A stretch of DNA of 64,000 bases from the human T2T-CHM13v2.0 reference genome, Homo sapiens. The DNA is taken from NCBI RefSeq assembly GCF_009914755.1, contig NC_060930.1; one strand, 5' to 3'. This document shows positions 26,873 through 41,019 of this stretch, one piece after another; position 1 is the first letter of the stretch; each line of letters begins with the position of its first letter. Under the pieces are notes generated by a model. The model worked only from the letters and a program-made list of their open reading frames with translations, did no database searches and had not been told where the DNA came from. A program made the translations under genes and the position numbers.

Positions 26873-29519
26873 TTAGCAAAAATTTATAATACAGTGATTG
26901 ACAGATATTTGAGATACACATTCCATAGACATGGACTATGTGAGACTAAGGTGAGACTATACTACTGCCCCCCAAAGTAAGTATTCCACCTTTCAAAGAG
27001 ACTACAGCCCAAACAATGAAAACCATGACAACTTTCAGTTGAGAAATTACAGTCACATAGACAATCAGTCAAATGTTTAAAATGGCATATGGAGAATCAG
27101 GAGTTGAATCTAAGTGTATTTTAAATCAAAGGGCAAAAGAAAGCAATTTCACAAGTATAAGAAATAAGTATTCTTTCATCTCAGTAAATTCACATATCAA
27201 CCCTTTAAATCCTGCTGCTGGTAGCTGCTTCCAATTCAATACACCTGTGGTTTTTCAGATTTTCAAGATTAACTCTTCTATCTGAACCGTACATAACTTT
27301 TACATTCTTTGCTCACGGTCTGCATCATACTATACACTAAAGTGCTTTTCCATCAGTTTACTGTTCTCCAAGAATATCAACAGGTTTTGTAATTGAATAT
27401 CATATTAGTAGTGCTACTGAAGGAGAAGTGATGTTCTAGAGACTGTCATTCTATGTTATCAAGGATTTTGTATTATTAAAAATAAATTCATTGGTCTTTT
27501 TATTTTTGTTCATAATCAGTGTCCTGGGGAATGGTCACATTTTCAAAGGCTGTGGAATAGATAATCCTCTTTCGTGGTAACTATGCCACACATCTTAACA
27601 AATTCCATGTCTGTGTGCTTTGTACTGATTCATCAGACCATGCAGATGTAGACACAACTCAGTTGTAATTTAGTGCCAACAAAATTCTACTCTTTGGAAA
27701 ATTTTTTTTTGAAATCAGTTCTCTCCTGACTTATACACTTTTCATTAGCTTTGAAAATACCTACTCCTCTGTGTTCACCAGTATGAACATCTGGAATATT
27801 GCATGAGTGACGCATTTAGTTTCTTTTAAAAATAAAAACTTTTCAGATATACAAAAATTATTATAACTTATGAAAGCATAAGTACAAGTGTAATGTTCAG
27901 TATAAGCATCCAGATGGACATGGCTTTAACAATTTGGGACTTTGGCAGTGACTACCAATGGGTAGTTTCCTTTGAAAAAATGATAATAAACACTCCATTT
28001 CCCCTTCATTAAGTAAAAAGTGGTTGAATCAAAGTCACTTCTCATCATTTTCTACAACTCGATACTGAACTAAGCAAGAAAAAAATTAGAAATTTGAGAT
28101 GTTTGCTGTTCTTTGAATTAGAATCATACAAGCCTCTACTTGAAGTCTGGGAATTTGGTTTAAAAAAATAATATAAGTAGTCAAAATGGATAATTCAGAA
28201 AAAAAAATTCTTTTTTCCTCAATACTTCCACACCCATTACTCTTAGCTTTCATTTCCTCCCCCAAACTCTCCTGATTTGTAATCAGAAAAAGTAATTGGA
28301 CAATAAAATATTATTGACAAAGATTTATGCATCTCTCTAGGCACTTACTGTGTTAAAAGCAGAATAATCTTGGACAAAGGAATATTTTATCTAAACAATT
28401 ATTTCAGTTTAGTTTGAGTTTATAGAGAACACAAATTTTTCCATGGATTAGATGAATATACCCAAGTCATGTAAAAATAAACTAAAATGGACTACAAAAT
28501 ATTATCTTCAATTCATTAATGCTATAGGTTTAAAAAAAACAAAAGTTAAAAATTTCTAAAACCACAAGTTGGCTATTAGCACTAAAATGAACACCATTTG
28601 TGGGTCATACAGTCACCTTGTGAACTATAAATGAGGCACTGGCCTGAGAACTGAAAGGTCATTTGAATGTGTGTTATCTTGCTGAACATGATGATGTTTA
28701 AACTAGTTTCCACTGAATTGTAATCTGCTCCCAGAAAAAAAAAAAAATGATGCTTTTTTTGTAGAAAAGGGGCATCCATTTACACTGTGCTTTTTAGTTG
28801 GAGAGAGGGGAAGAGGTCAGTGGCCCATCATGATTTAGTGTGCCTGGGCGTACGGGTAATGTAATGGAGCTGTCAACACACATTGCTTGGGGAACATACT
28901 GTGTGTTCATTTTCATGCCTTGTATGAGATAAAAATTCCTGTACTCTTATAAGAAAGATATAAATTTCCCAGTGATTTTATAAATTCAATCATGAGATGA
29001 TAGACTGTCTGAGCTCATTACAATACAATGTCTATAAACATTTTTTAAATGTCTGTTTTCTAAGAGGATGAACTATACGAAGATGAAGTAGCAATAACAA
29101 GTTTTAGTACATGTAAAAATATTGTATTTATTTATTTATTATTTTACATAATAAATACAAATAGTGCTATTCTAGGTATTTGGTATCTGAAATTTACATA
29201 TCTTTATGTCAGGGCCTCTGTAAATTAGGTTAACTGATTTCATTTGCCTTAATTGCTTCTATAATATAACAGTCTCTTGATAAAGGTTAAGGCTTGGTCT
29301 TGACTATTAAGTGCTCTTAGACTGGTTAATTGAGCCTATATTTGGAGTATATATAAATGTAGTATATTTCCCTCTAATGCTTATGGTGACTTGAGCAATC
29401 CAAAGGACTTCTTTAGAATCTGACTGGAAATCCCTAGAGTATACTCACTGATGTGGAATGGTATTAAATGTCTACAAACCTTATCTCCAGTGAGAGCAAG
29501 GGAGGCAGAGAAGATGAGT

Positions 29520-29640
29520 GGTAGCATTTGCTTATTACTGTGATATAAATACTCCCAACATGGACAATTTTATGCCACTAACATTATGTCATGGAACCCA
29601 GAATTGAGAAATCATGCCAATGTGAGCTGACCTCACCGAC
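29520..29640. mobile_element. MER63-like hAT MITE fragment
   Basis: TTTGC…ATAAATACTCCCAACATGGACAATTT…CACTAACATTATGTCA, similar to the copy at 33170. Confidence 0.6.
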
Positions 29641-29745
29641 CTCTTATTTTGTAACCTCAATGCCTGACGGTAATGACATGCAGTTGAACTTTGCAGGGGA
29701 GGACACTGAAAGTAGGGTCTCAGCTATTCTCTAACAGAAATATTA

Positions 29746-30177
<432 letters not shown>

Positions 30178-32104
30178 TTATTGCCTTACAGTATCATATT
30201 CTAGGAATGCTGGTGACACTTTATGAAGCTCATCTTCCTCCAGATGAAGAAAAGGTTTCTATTTGACCAATGGTGATAGGCTTCCCCTCACCACCAGCAT
30301 CAGCATACAATATTGAATTTTCCAAAGGTTTTCTCACATAGGAGTTACTCTTGGCCTTGTGAAAATCAAGAAAAAGCATTGGTAAAACCAGATAATTTGT
30401 CCAAAGCTTCAAGTCCAGATATACCTTACTGAAAATCTGGAGCTTTTGACCCTTATGTAGTTGAGAAACCTGCACTGGGGTCCACACTGGCCACACTGTT
30501 ATCATTTTGACCTGGAATTTGATTTAACTCTGGCTTAAAATTGATTCCAGTATCACTAGATCTTAGCTATTTATGCTTTCTGATAAAGCGTTAAGACTGT
30601 CCACCTTTTATATAAATAATTGTATAGCTATTACTTTTCCCCAAAAGGTTTTATTGTCACCAAGTGTTTTTTACCCCTGAAATTATTCAATTTGTTAAGG
30701 AGACTGCCTCTACGAACAAAGAATCATGGCAGTAAACACCTTGTGCTTGCATAGACGTTAGTAACTTCTATGCTAAAAGTGTGATTATCCAAGGCCATTA
30801 TTTAATAGCATGTATTTTTCTTTGTTATCTCTTCTAAGAAAACTTTGAATAAAATAAAATATCAGGAAACCAGTAAGTGATTCAACAAATGGGAGAGAAC
30901 CGATTTCTAGTGGGTGTTCTAGAGTTCATTTAGATTAAGAATCTCATTTCTAAGAAACTGATACTAAAAATGATAATTCTGGTGTATGACAGAATCTTGA
31001 TTTATCAAATAAGATGCTTACACTCAGAAATTACCAAGGCAGGTATATATATTAAAACTTCTAGAAGTATTTTCAGCTCTGTACATTGAAACAAAATTTT
31101 TTTTCTGGTTAATTATATGATAATCAGTAAATATTATCAACTAAAAATTTCCTGTCCTTAGGAGCACTAAGGTTTACATTTTTTTGTAAATCATTTAGAA
31201 CAGGCATGACAAATATGTGGCATGCCTGCAAGTACTCTCCTGTCTTCCATCCACTTCAGGCATCACTAATCAATCAACTTCCTGCTGAGCCTAGATGTAG
31301 TCTCAGAAAACAATTTTTCAGAAAGTACCAGAGAGCTTCAGCCATTGATGAAAACTTACTTGCTATTCCTAGTCTGGATTGTCATAATTCAATATTAAGA
31401 GTTTATGTAACATCCAGTCAGCTTCTGATCATTAAAGTATTTCTCTGAACATATTAAAGAAGGAAAAATTATATTACTAATCAGGGGATCTCTAAGCATT
31501 TTAGTTTTTAAAAAATAAAGTATGTCAATACTTAACAGTATTTAATGCACACAAAAGTTATTTTTAAAATATAATAATTACATATCAGAATATATAAAAG
31601 AAAAAACTCTAAAAATAGCACAGAAAGAAAAACTTGTCAATAATGCTAGTAAAAAATAGAGCTAAAATATGTTATAAGAAGTGAGAGTCAAAAACTTAGG
31701 GCATCTTTGTGTAAAATACATTATGTTAACAAAATAAGCATTTTACATTTAGAAATGTACTTTTTCTATATGTAAACATTATTTTCTTATTAAACATATG
31801 AATATTTCTTTTTATCATATAATGGCAAAGAAAAATGTAACTTTATTTTTTAATTTATAAGTTATCAATTCTCAATAAACTAATTTTTTAAAATATTTTT
31901 TACCCATACAAAAAACGAATTGCAATTAGAAGCTATATCATTATTTTAATATTCTCTATTATATTAAGAGGCTTAAATAACTTCCCTAACTTTAATAATC
32001 ATTTTACTTAAATGTCATCAGAATTTTTTGAATGAATTGTCCTGGGTTTTTGAAATTTATAGATAATCTCCATTAGGTAGCTATTACATGGAATCCTCCC
32101 TCAA

Positions 32105-32250
32105 TTAAGAGTCAGAAGATCTGGGTTCTAAACCAAGCTCTACCATAAATTACTTATATGAACAAGGAGAGGCTAGTCCTCTGTAAAATGTATGGGTTGG
32201 GCTAGAAAATCTCTAAGACCCTTTCAAGTTCTAAAATGCCATTTTATTAT
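32105..32250 (+). mobile_element. MIR3/MIR
   Basis: GAGTCAGAAGATCTGGGTTCTAA…CTGTAAAATG…GGGTTGGGCTAGAAAATCTCTAAGACCCTTTCAAGTTCTAAAAT. Confidence 0.75.
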
Positions 32251-32874
32251 ACTTAATTTATCTATACATTTTCAGTATTTTAACTATCAAGGAAAACTGA
32301 CATTTTATTCTGTAGTGTCTGTATGGACCTAGTTGTTTTGGGTTTTTAAAAATAAGACGTATTTTTATGTGGTGATGTGTAAACAAAAAAATTTAATTGA
32401 AATGATTTAATGCTTCTTTAATTTGTTTAATTATTGAGGATCATAGCATAGTATTGTTGGACTAAAAGTCAATGGTACACTTCAGGAACAGCATGTGTGA
32501 GTCTGCTGAAATCGTTAGCAAAATTATTTGCATGTTTGTTCACATAGTGTTCATTAAGTAATTAACAGGGCCCATGACCCAGAAAAAGTATAAATGCTAT
32601 CTGGGTCAGACCATCATGTTTTGAGGGCATAGTATCAAATCTATAGATTGTCCTGACTTCAAGAATATATATATAGGTCAGTATATATATGTCAGAATAT
32701 ATAGGTCAGATTTAGATTCAGAACACATACCCCTGCAGTTAGCAGAAAAATGCCCCTGAACACATGAACATCATCTGTCTAATAGAATAATTAGCCATTC
32801 TGAGCACTTCATTACTATTAGTGATCCACATGAATGGAACAATGGAGCTTCCTGTTGATCAACAGGCATTTAAA

Positions 32875-33145
32875 AAAACATTACCTGATTTGGAATCCGG
32901 AAGGTAAGGATTTGAATTTTTACCCTATTGCTTGCTTGCTTGTGTGATCATAGGCAAATTAATCTTTCTGAGTCTCAGTTATGTCTCTTGTAAAATGTAA
33001 CAATACAAATTTTATCACCTGCTATTACTTTTTAATCTCCCAAACATTTCTCAAATTATACTCTACCCACCAATGCCCACCCACTCTTCGATCACTATCA
33101 TCTCTTGCCTCACTGCAGAATTTCACTGGTCTCCCTGCTTTCACT
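32875..33145 (+). mobile_element. MIR followed by an L2 fragment
   Basis: GCTTGTGTGATCATAGGCAAATTAATCTTTCTGAGTCTCAGTT…GTAAAATG, then ATCATCTCTTGCCT…ACTGGTCTCCCTGCTTTCACT. Confidence 0.6.
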
Positions 33146-33169
33146 GTGGTGTGTGGCTTCTCTCTAACC

Positions 33170-33378
33170 ATTAGTGTGCTGGCAAATAGCTTACACACAA
33201 AAAGTTAATAAAATGAAATTAAAATTAAAATCCTCATTTCTAGCGTTTGCCAGTTTCAGCAATATAAATACTCCTGCTATGGCTACCAATGTGATGTCAC
33301 TAAACATAGAGTTAAGAAGAAAAGTGCTCAACTGGCTCTAAAGACATAGTATAAGTAGATTCCTCATGCTACCAACCA
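33170..33378. mobile_element. MER63A-like hAT MITE
   Basis: GTGTGCTGGCAAATA…TAGCGTTTGCC…ATAAATACTCC…GCTACCAATGTGATGTCACTAAAC…GAGTTAAGAAGA. Confidence 0.7.
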
Positions 33379-34165
33379 GGAAAAGCACCTCATCTCTCTC
33401 CTCATATATTAATAAGCTTAGATGACTTATTAGAGACATGACTATGCATAAAACTCTGTCAGCCCTTCGGATTCTTGAGACAAAAGGAAGAAACCTCACC
33501 AACAGAAGACACAAAAACCAGCATGAGAAATATCAGATTCTTACTTAATATTATCTTCAATAGAAAATAAATGCAATTACTTAGAAAATCCTATTGCCTG
33601 ATTTCAGTCAATTGGAAGTTATGAATATTTTAGCTCAGTGCCCTATTTTTAAAAAGAATAAATTAATTAATTGACTGAGGCCAAACACATGCTTTCTAAT
33701 ATTATTATAAGCAATTAGAGAAATAAAATGCATTGCAGTGTTTAACACAATATCTAGTACATAGGAAGAAATCAATAAATGATTCTAGTGATTATAATTC
33801 TTATACTGTCTGTAAAGTTTCCCACAAACAAAAAACAAGTTCTCCAAAATAAAATAGACAAGTGGAAAGTGAACCTCAGGTGAAAAAAAAAAACAACAAA
33901 AAAAAACATGCTCATGACACATCTTGGCTTTGCTTCATTAAATATAGCCTAACTTTTTTAACAAAGATAGAATAAACTAACCATTTTCCACAATATCTAT
34001 GTTCTGACTTAGCAAAACAGGGCCTGTATAAACCTGAAAATAGGAAAACACATCTCCCTAAATTCTGGGTGGTGATTTGTGAGTCAAAGAATACCTTTCC
34101 CATAAATATGCCTTCACCCTTCTACCTCTTACAGAAAGAGATTTATACATCCAAGCATGAACTTA

Positions 34166-34485
<320 letters not shown>

Positions 34486-34769
34486 AAAACCCTATAAAAA
34501 CAAGAGGAGTGTTTAAAAAATAAGGTTAAGGAGAAAGAGAAAAGAGCACATTGCATTCTTGTTCATTGAGCAGTCTCCTTCTTACAGCCCCAGAAAACTT
34601 CTATCCTAGGTACTACAATCACAATATATTTTTTAATGTTTTATTTCTTCAATTACATTGGGACAAAAAATGAAACGTTAATGTAAGCAATAACATTTTT
34701 TATCTCTGTCTTTTAATTTGGGAACCAATATTAGGAATTTGATGCATGTGCTGGATTTCTCCATATGTT

Positions 34770-35310
34770 TCATGATGTAAACTCCGATACTTCTCTGGTC
34801 TGCATCAGTGAGCTCCCTTGTATTTCAGCTTTTGGGTGGGTTTGGCCAGGGAAACATGAAGGAGAGATTGGAAAGCAAGAGGAAAGATATATATTTCTCT
34901 ATCTGGCTCCCTCCCTGACTCTCCATGTGCTTGTATTCAAAAGTCACAGTTACTGTCCAGCAACCTTCCTCTGTAGCTACACATGAGACATCTGGTAAGA
35001 AAAAGATGACCACTGAAATAGAGTAAGTAATAAGAGTATATGAAGGAATGACATATAAGGAGGTATACGAGTTTAAAGGAAACTAACAAAGGATGATGAA
35101 GCACCCTAAAGATAGCAATAGTGAGGAGCCTTTACCCCCCTTGGCCTGGAAGCACAAAGAGAGAGAGCAGTTATATGTGCCTGCCTCTAGATGTAGCTGT
35201 AGCTGTGACTGTAGGACAGGGGCATATGAAGGCACTGCCAATCCATAGCCAGGTAAGTGCAGTGCTAATGAAATAAGTACCCCAACCTCACACTTTAGTA
35301 ATTATTCTTC
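34770..35310. mobile_element. Ancient LTR fragments (LTR16/LTR33/LTR79-like)
   Basis: GGGTGGGTTTGGCCAGGG…GGAGAGATTGGAAAGCAAGAGG and AACTAACAAAGGATGATGAAGCACCC…AGCAATAGTGAGGAGCC resemble old LTR motifs; family uncertain. Confidence 0.4.
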
Positions 35311-35431
35311 CACCATGTAATTCTTAAGGATATCATATTATAATGACATTATATAAGAAATGATAGGTATTCTTTAATAACAGAGAATGGTCACAGTATA
35401 TTGTTAAATAAAATAAGCCCTTTGAAAAGGG

Positions 35432-36000
35432 ATCTAGAACTAGAAATACCATTTGACCCAGCCATCCCATTACTGGGTATATAACCAAAGGACTATAAAT
35501 CATGCTGCTATAAAGACACATGCACATGTATGTTTATTGCGGCATTATTAACAATAACAAAGACTTGGAACCAACCCAAATGTCCAACAATGATAGACTG
35601 GATTAAGAAAATGTGGCACATATACACCATGGAATACTACTATGCAGCCATAAAAAATGATGAGTTCATGTCCTTTGTAGGGACATGGATGAAATTGGAA
35701 ATCATCATTCTCAGTAAACTATCACAAGAACAAAAAACCAAACACCGCATGTTCTCACTCATAGGTGGGAATTGAACAACGAGAACACATGGACACAGGA
35801 AGGGGAACATCACACTCTGGGGACTGTTGTGGGGTGGGGGGAGGGGGGAGGGATAGCATTGGGAGATATACCTAATGCTAGATGACAAGTTAGTGGGTGC
35901 AGCGCACCAGCATGGCACATGTATACATACATAACTAACTTGCACATTGTGCACATGTACCCTAAAACTTAAAGTATAATAATAAAAAAAAAAAGAAAAA
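35432..36000 (+). mobile_element. L1PA2-like 5'-truncated 3' end
   Basis: ORF2 C-terminus MFIAAL…KTKHRMFSLIGGN, G-tract 35831-35852, polyA, TSD GAAAAGGG (35424-35431 / 36001-36008). Confidence 0.92.
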
Positions 36001-36170
36001 GAAAAGGGTGATAGTGTTGGGTACAGGAATTTGATAAATATTATTTAAGTTTTTAAAAAATTGTCCTTCCTCTCTCTTTTTCTTTGTTTTGCCAAAGTCT
36101 ACAAAGTCCAAAGAATTAAAGACCAATTATAGAAAGTAATTTTTTAAATTTTCTAAGAAAATATGCAAAA

Positions 36171-36466
36171 GCAGTGGCTCATGCCTGTAATCCCAGCACT
36201 GTGGAAAGCAAAGGCAGACAGATGGTTTGAGTCCAGGAGTTTGAGACCAACCTGGGCAACATGGTGAAACCCCATCTCTACAAAAAATACAAAAATTAGC
36301 TGGGCATGGTAGTGCATGTCTGTTGTCCCAGCTAGCCAGGAGGCTGAGGCAGGAGGTTCAGCTGAGCCCAGGAGGTTGAGGCTGTAGTAAGCCATGATTG
36401 TACCACTGTATGCCAACCTGGGTGACAGAATGAGACTCTGTCTCACAAAAAAAAAAGAAAAGAAAA
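36171..36466 (+). mobile_element. AluJb, slightly 5'-truncated
   Basis: TTGAGTCCAGGAGTTTGAGACC…GGGCAACATGGTG…GAGCCCAGGAGGTTGAGGCTG. Confidence 0.9.
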
Positions 36467-36769
36467 AAATATACAGAACAACTTTGTAACCTTAGGCAGA
36501 AGAAGAAAATGTGTAAATCGTATTTTTAAATGTTAATAAATTAGACTATATTAAAATTTAAAATTAGATACAAAATATACATAGAGGGTTAAAAGACAAG
36601 TTACAATCTAGAAGAAAGTGTTGGTAATGTATGTTATTGATAAGGTAACTAAAATGTATATAAAACTCCCACAATCAAACAAATAATGCAATACAAAATG
36701 AGATGCCACTAAAGGTAACAACTAAAATTATACTAAAAAGTAGCAAAAATTTTAAAAAGTGGAACTATT

Positions 36770-37020
36770 CCATTTAGCACAGTGGTTAAAGTATACATCT
36801 GGATACAAAGGGTCTGAGTTTGAATCCCAGTCATATCAATTATTAACTGAGTAACTTTGGTCAAACTATTTACTTTTTCTGTACCTTTATTTGTTCATCT
36901 GAAACAATATCAGATAATAAAAGCATTTGATTGTAAAGTTTTTGTGATGGGGAAGGGAATTAACATTTTATGTAAAAATGCTTAGAAAAATCCCTAGCTC
37001 ATAGAGCCATATGAATGCTA
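36770..37020 (+). mobile_element. MIR between old L1ME ORF2 fragments
   Basis: GCACAGTGGTTAAAG…CTGAGTTTGAATCCCAG…TAACTTTGGTCAAACTATTTAC…CATCTGAAA. Old L1 pieces flank it at about 36480-36720, 37030-37270 and 38880-39170. Confidence 0.75.
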
Positions 37021-37284
37021 GTTTTTAACTTTTCTATTATTTTTATGAATGAACCTTCCTTTGGGGAACTCAAAAATCATTCTAAAAGGTATATGAAAGA
37101 CTAAAAGTCCACAGATTCCTAAGCCAAATATGAAAAGAAAATAAAGAGGGAGAATTGACCTCCTAAATGCTAAAACATACTGCAAAGCAATTATAATCAA
37201 AATATTATACAGCAGAAAAAAAAACAAATGAGCCAATGAAAAAGTTGATGTGTAATTTTTCAAATACACAGGGAAATGAACCAC

Positions 37285-38879
37285 TTAGGGGCATCAGGAA
37301 CTATACAGACATCAGTGTTCATGTGACCAAACTATGCAGTAAGTTTTCCAAAACCTTTAATCAGGGAACTCTTGTGTGAGAGTGTAGGATTTCACCATAA
37401 TCCCTAGTCTATGGAAAATGGTATAGGGCCCCTGATCTGGATGCAACTGTCAAGAAATTAAACTCTAGCGATGCTCCCAAGCTTGTGCTAAAACATGCCA
37501 TCCTAGAGGAATATCAGTATACTTTTTCACACATATTGGGGCACTAAATCATCTATCTTCCTTCCTATAATTCATGTAGATCAATATTTCTAAAATGAAG
37601 ACAATTTTCCTCCCTGGTTTCTCTTACATAAAAAGAGGGATTAGTAGTTCTAAACAAAAGGACATATTCTATAACCAACTGCAAATCTGTAACTATTGTA
37701 GAAGAAATCATTGATAGATTGCTCTGCCAATAGGTTGAACTACCATGTCAGCTATCCCTAAACATTCCTTCTCTATCACAAAAAAAGCAAAGTAAAAATT
37801 GTCCTATGTGGTGCCCTCAGTTTTTAGCTGTATTATAATGGAAATGTGGTTTGCCAAAATGTATTGAGGTCTCTGACATTACATCATAAACATAGCAATC
37901 CAAAGGGATCTGCTGCTAAATTTACTTTATATATATCCCAAACTGTAACTCATAAAGACTGCTGATGGAATCATGGCTGTTTCTGACTTGTCTACAAGTA
38001 AAGGGCTCATGTTTACTGTGATTATGAATAGTGTTACCAGTAGAGCATAGATGGCTACAAAACAGTGGCAGAGGTGCGCTCGTGCACTCAGGGGATAGTG
38101 GTGAACATTATCTCCAGTTATTTATTCTCTCTGCCAAATGACATGAAGAGGTACAAGATATGCAAGAAAATCAATGTGTAGAAACATGTTCCTAACAAGT
38201 CTCTGACAGCTAGACAAATTGCCTTACCTTTTTTTGTGGGAAATAATGAAGAGTGATAAACCAAACAAGTTTCTCCATATACAGGGAATATCCCTATTCA
38301 TTAGCACTAAGTGGATAGGTATCTACATTTATCATGCAATCCCAGAAAAGCAAAATCTTGAGGAGCAATAATTTTCTTAGTTAAGGCAAGCAGTGGTAGA
38401 AAGGACAATCTTGAAGTGTGTATCTGAATAAAATCAACCACCACAGATCCCTGCCAGATGTGTACAATAGTGAATTAACTCATGGATTAAAGAACTAAAG
38501 AAAGGAAAGAAAAAGTGGTGTAACATTGTCTCCTGGTGCACATCAAATATCCCTATGATCCTCCATATTGTGGAACCTCACATCTAGTTAGGTATGGGTC
38601 ATGTGATCTTCTCTGTCTAACCAAGTGTGAACAGAAATAGCTTATGTCATTTCTAGGCCAAGATAATAAAGGATCTATATCCTGCCTCTATTTATCTGTT
38701 CCTTTTTTGTAGTAGTTTGTAAGCCCTGTGTTCCAGATGGCACACTTACAAGATTGAGAACTGCCTCACCCACGTCAGATCTTGTTTGAAGAAAATGTAA
38801 ACTTTTACTCTACTAATTTACTAGGATACTGAAGTCTATTTGTTTCTGCAGCATGACATAGTCTGCCCTTACTAATACA
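37285..38879 (+). mobile_element. MLT1I/J-type MaLR: internal fragment plus 3' LTR (38519-38879)
   Basis: Purine tract AAAGAAAGGAAAGAAAAAGTGG before TG; LTR with AGTTAGG…GGTCATGTGA…GAACAGAAAT…TGTCATTTCTAGGC ending CTAATACA. The internal assignment is weaker. Confidence 0.6.
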
Positions 38880-39049
38880 ATGGGTACATAGCCTTATAAC
38901 CTGTCCATGGGAAAGAACCTTGTAACTATGAACCTGAAGACAGAAGCTATTAAAAGAGAGATTTGATTACATAAAATCTGTTACCATTGTATGTCAAAAG
39001 TACTAAGAACAAAATTGAAAGATAAAATTGAGAAAAATATTTCATTCCT

Positions 39050-39110
39050 CTTGCTCTCTCTCTATATATATACATATATATGTATATATATACATGCACA
39101 CATATATGTA
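39050..39110. repeat. (TC)n(TA/CA)n microsatellite
   Basis: Read directly. Confidence 0.85.
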
Positions 39111-39227
39111 ACAAATCTATACATGTAGCAAAAAAGTATCACTCTCTTTAATATGTGAAGCATTCTTAATGATCAATAAAAATTACAAACAGGAATATAG
39201 GCAATGAAGATTAATAGATGTACCACA

Positions 39228-40770
39228 GATTGCATCTTATTGCTAACAACAGAGACCAGAATTAAGCAAATTAGAATTTCATCCTTTATGTAAAAGAAAT
39301 CTGGACATAAGAGATCTAGGACTGTTAAGGCATTTGGGTACAGATATGGCTTGTCTATGTGTCCCACTTAAATTTCATGTTGAATTGTAATTTCTAGTGT
39401 TGGAGGTGAGGCCTTGTGGAAGGTGATTGGGCCATAAGGGTGGTTTCTAATGATTTAGCACCATCCTCCTAGTTCTGTCTTACGATAGAGTTCTCATAAG
39501 ATCTGATTATTTATAAAAGTGTATAGCACCTCCCCCTTCCCTTTCTTTCTTTCACTCTCTCTCTCTCTCCTGCCAGCCATGTGAAGATCATGCCTACTTC
39601 CCCTTCCCCTTCTGTCATGATTGTAAGTTTCCTGAGGCCTCTCCAGAAGCAGAAGCCTGTACAGCCCACAGAACCATTAGCCAATTCAACCTCTTTTCTT
39701 TATAAATTACACAGGCTCAGGTATGTCTTTATGGCCATGTGATAACTGACATACAAGTATTATCACGGACCCAAGCTCTTTCTTTCGTTTTTCCATTCTT
39801 AGTATGTGGCTTCCATTCACAAGGTCAATATTGATTTAATTTAACTACTAAAGCTTAAACCATCCTGTCTACATTTCAAGTAACTGTACCAAGAATTTTC
39901 CAAAGCTTACATGTACATCTCATTGGCCACCTCTATATCCAGGGCTGCTGAAAAATTTCCAATGTTATGTTAGTAATGAAGGAAAGAATAGACATGGTAT
40001 AGATAAAGTTCCCTCTTTGTCCAATCAAGCACTCATGCCCTCTTTTCCTATAAGAAGAACACACACTTTGTCCTTCCTTAAACAAGTAGCCCCAATGTTA
40101 TATTCAGTTGCAGCATCCATACCAATATCCAGAACCTCTAGTTAACACTCATTCTCTTCCATTGGGTCCTAAGGGGTTGTTTTATGGTCAGGCAACCTGT
40201 AGACTAAAATATGTTACCTATACTCAAGATTGACAAACAATGGTTATGAAGGAATAAGATACCCTGAAGGACACACATGCACACACACACACACAAAAAC
40301 ACCTTCTTAACAGAAAGAGTGAGAGTAGGGAAACATGGTAATCTCTGGTCCTGTCGGGCAGGAGTAAGAAAAGGTCCCAGTCCTGGCATGAAGTGAGTGC
40401 CTAATTAGCCAGTGGGAAACTCCTGTTAATTCCTCTAAGAGGATCTCCTTGGTTCATTGTTTTCCATGGCCTCTGGTTCAGGGGGGACAGAGGTGGGTTC
40501 CTGGGAGTACTTTCTTTCTGGTGCTTACACAATTTCCAGCCCTTGTTGGTACTTATTGAACAAACCACAGATTGTTTTAGAAGGTAAGGCACTGGCTGTT
40601 GCAGGAAAAATTTGTGGGTTTTCTGGCAAGACAGTTCCCTAAAAATATATTAGGCTTCTTATCTCTTAGCTTCTAATTGGTTCCATGTGTTTGGCCACAG
40701 TTTTTATATTTGAAGATTCTGACTTTTAATTTTCAAACTCTGTGCTTTGCTTCAGTGGGAACACATTATC
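39228..40770 (-). mobile_element. MLT1J-like LTR (about 39228-39995) plus internal fragment, interrupted by MSTA
   Basis: TGCTAACAACAGA…ACCCAAGCTCTTTC…CATCTCATTGGCCA antisense MLT1J motifs. Confidence 0.5.
39342..39755 (+). mobile_element. MSTA/MSTB solo LTR
   Basis: GATATGGCTTG…TCATGTTGAATTGTAAT…GTAAGTTTCCTGAGGCCTCTCCAGAAGCAGAAGC…ATAAATTAC…ATACA. Confidence 0.88.
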
Positions 40771-41019
40771 ATTCATTCTTAATTTTAAGGCAGGTTTATG
40801 TTAAGTGCCTTGCAAAAATTCAGACTGCCAAAAGTAAAGGCTAAGATAAATGAAAAGTTTAGACAAATGATAAATATTGCTATATATCTAGGTAGTGGGT
40901 TCATGGAGATTTTTTAAATTATCACCTCTACTAATGTATGTATTTGACATTTTTCATGATAAAAGGTTTTCTTTTAACAAAACAAAAATAAAGGGGAAAG
41001 AAGATACTCATTTATTCTC

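Noticed and set aside
32822-32909. Candidate exon IHMNGTMELPVDQQAFKKTLPDLESG ending AG|GTAAGG
   Set aside because: Weak acceptor, and the 3' half including the donor falls in the start of a MIR; most likely chance.
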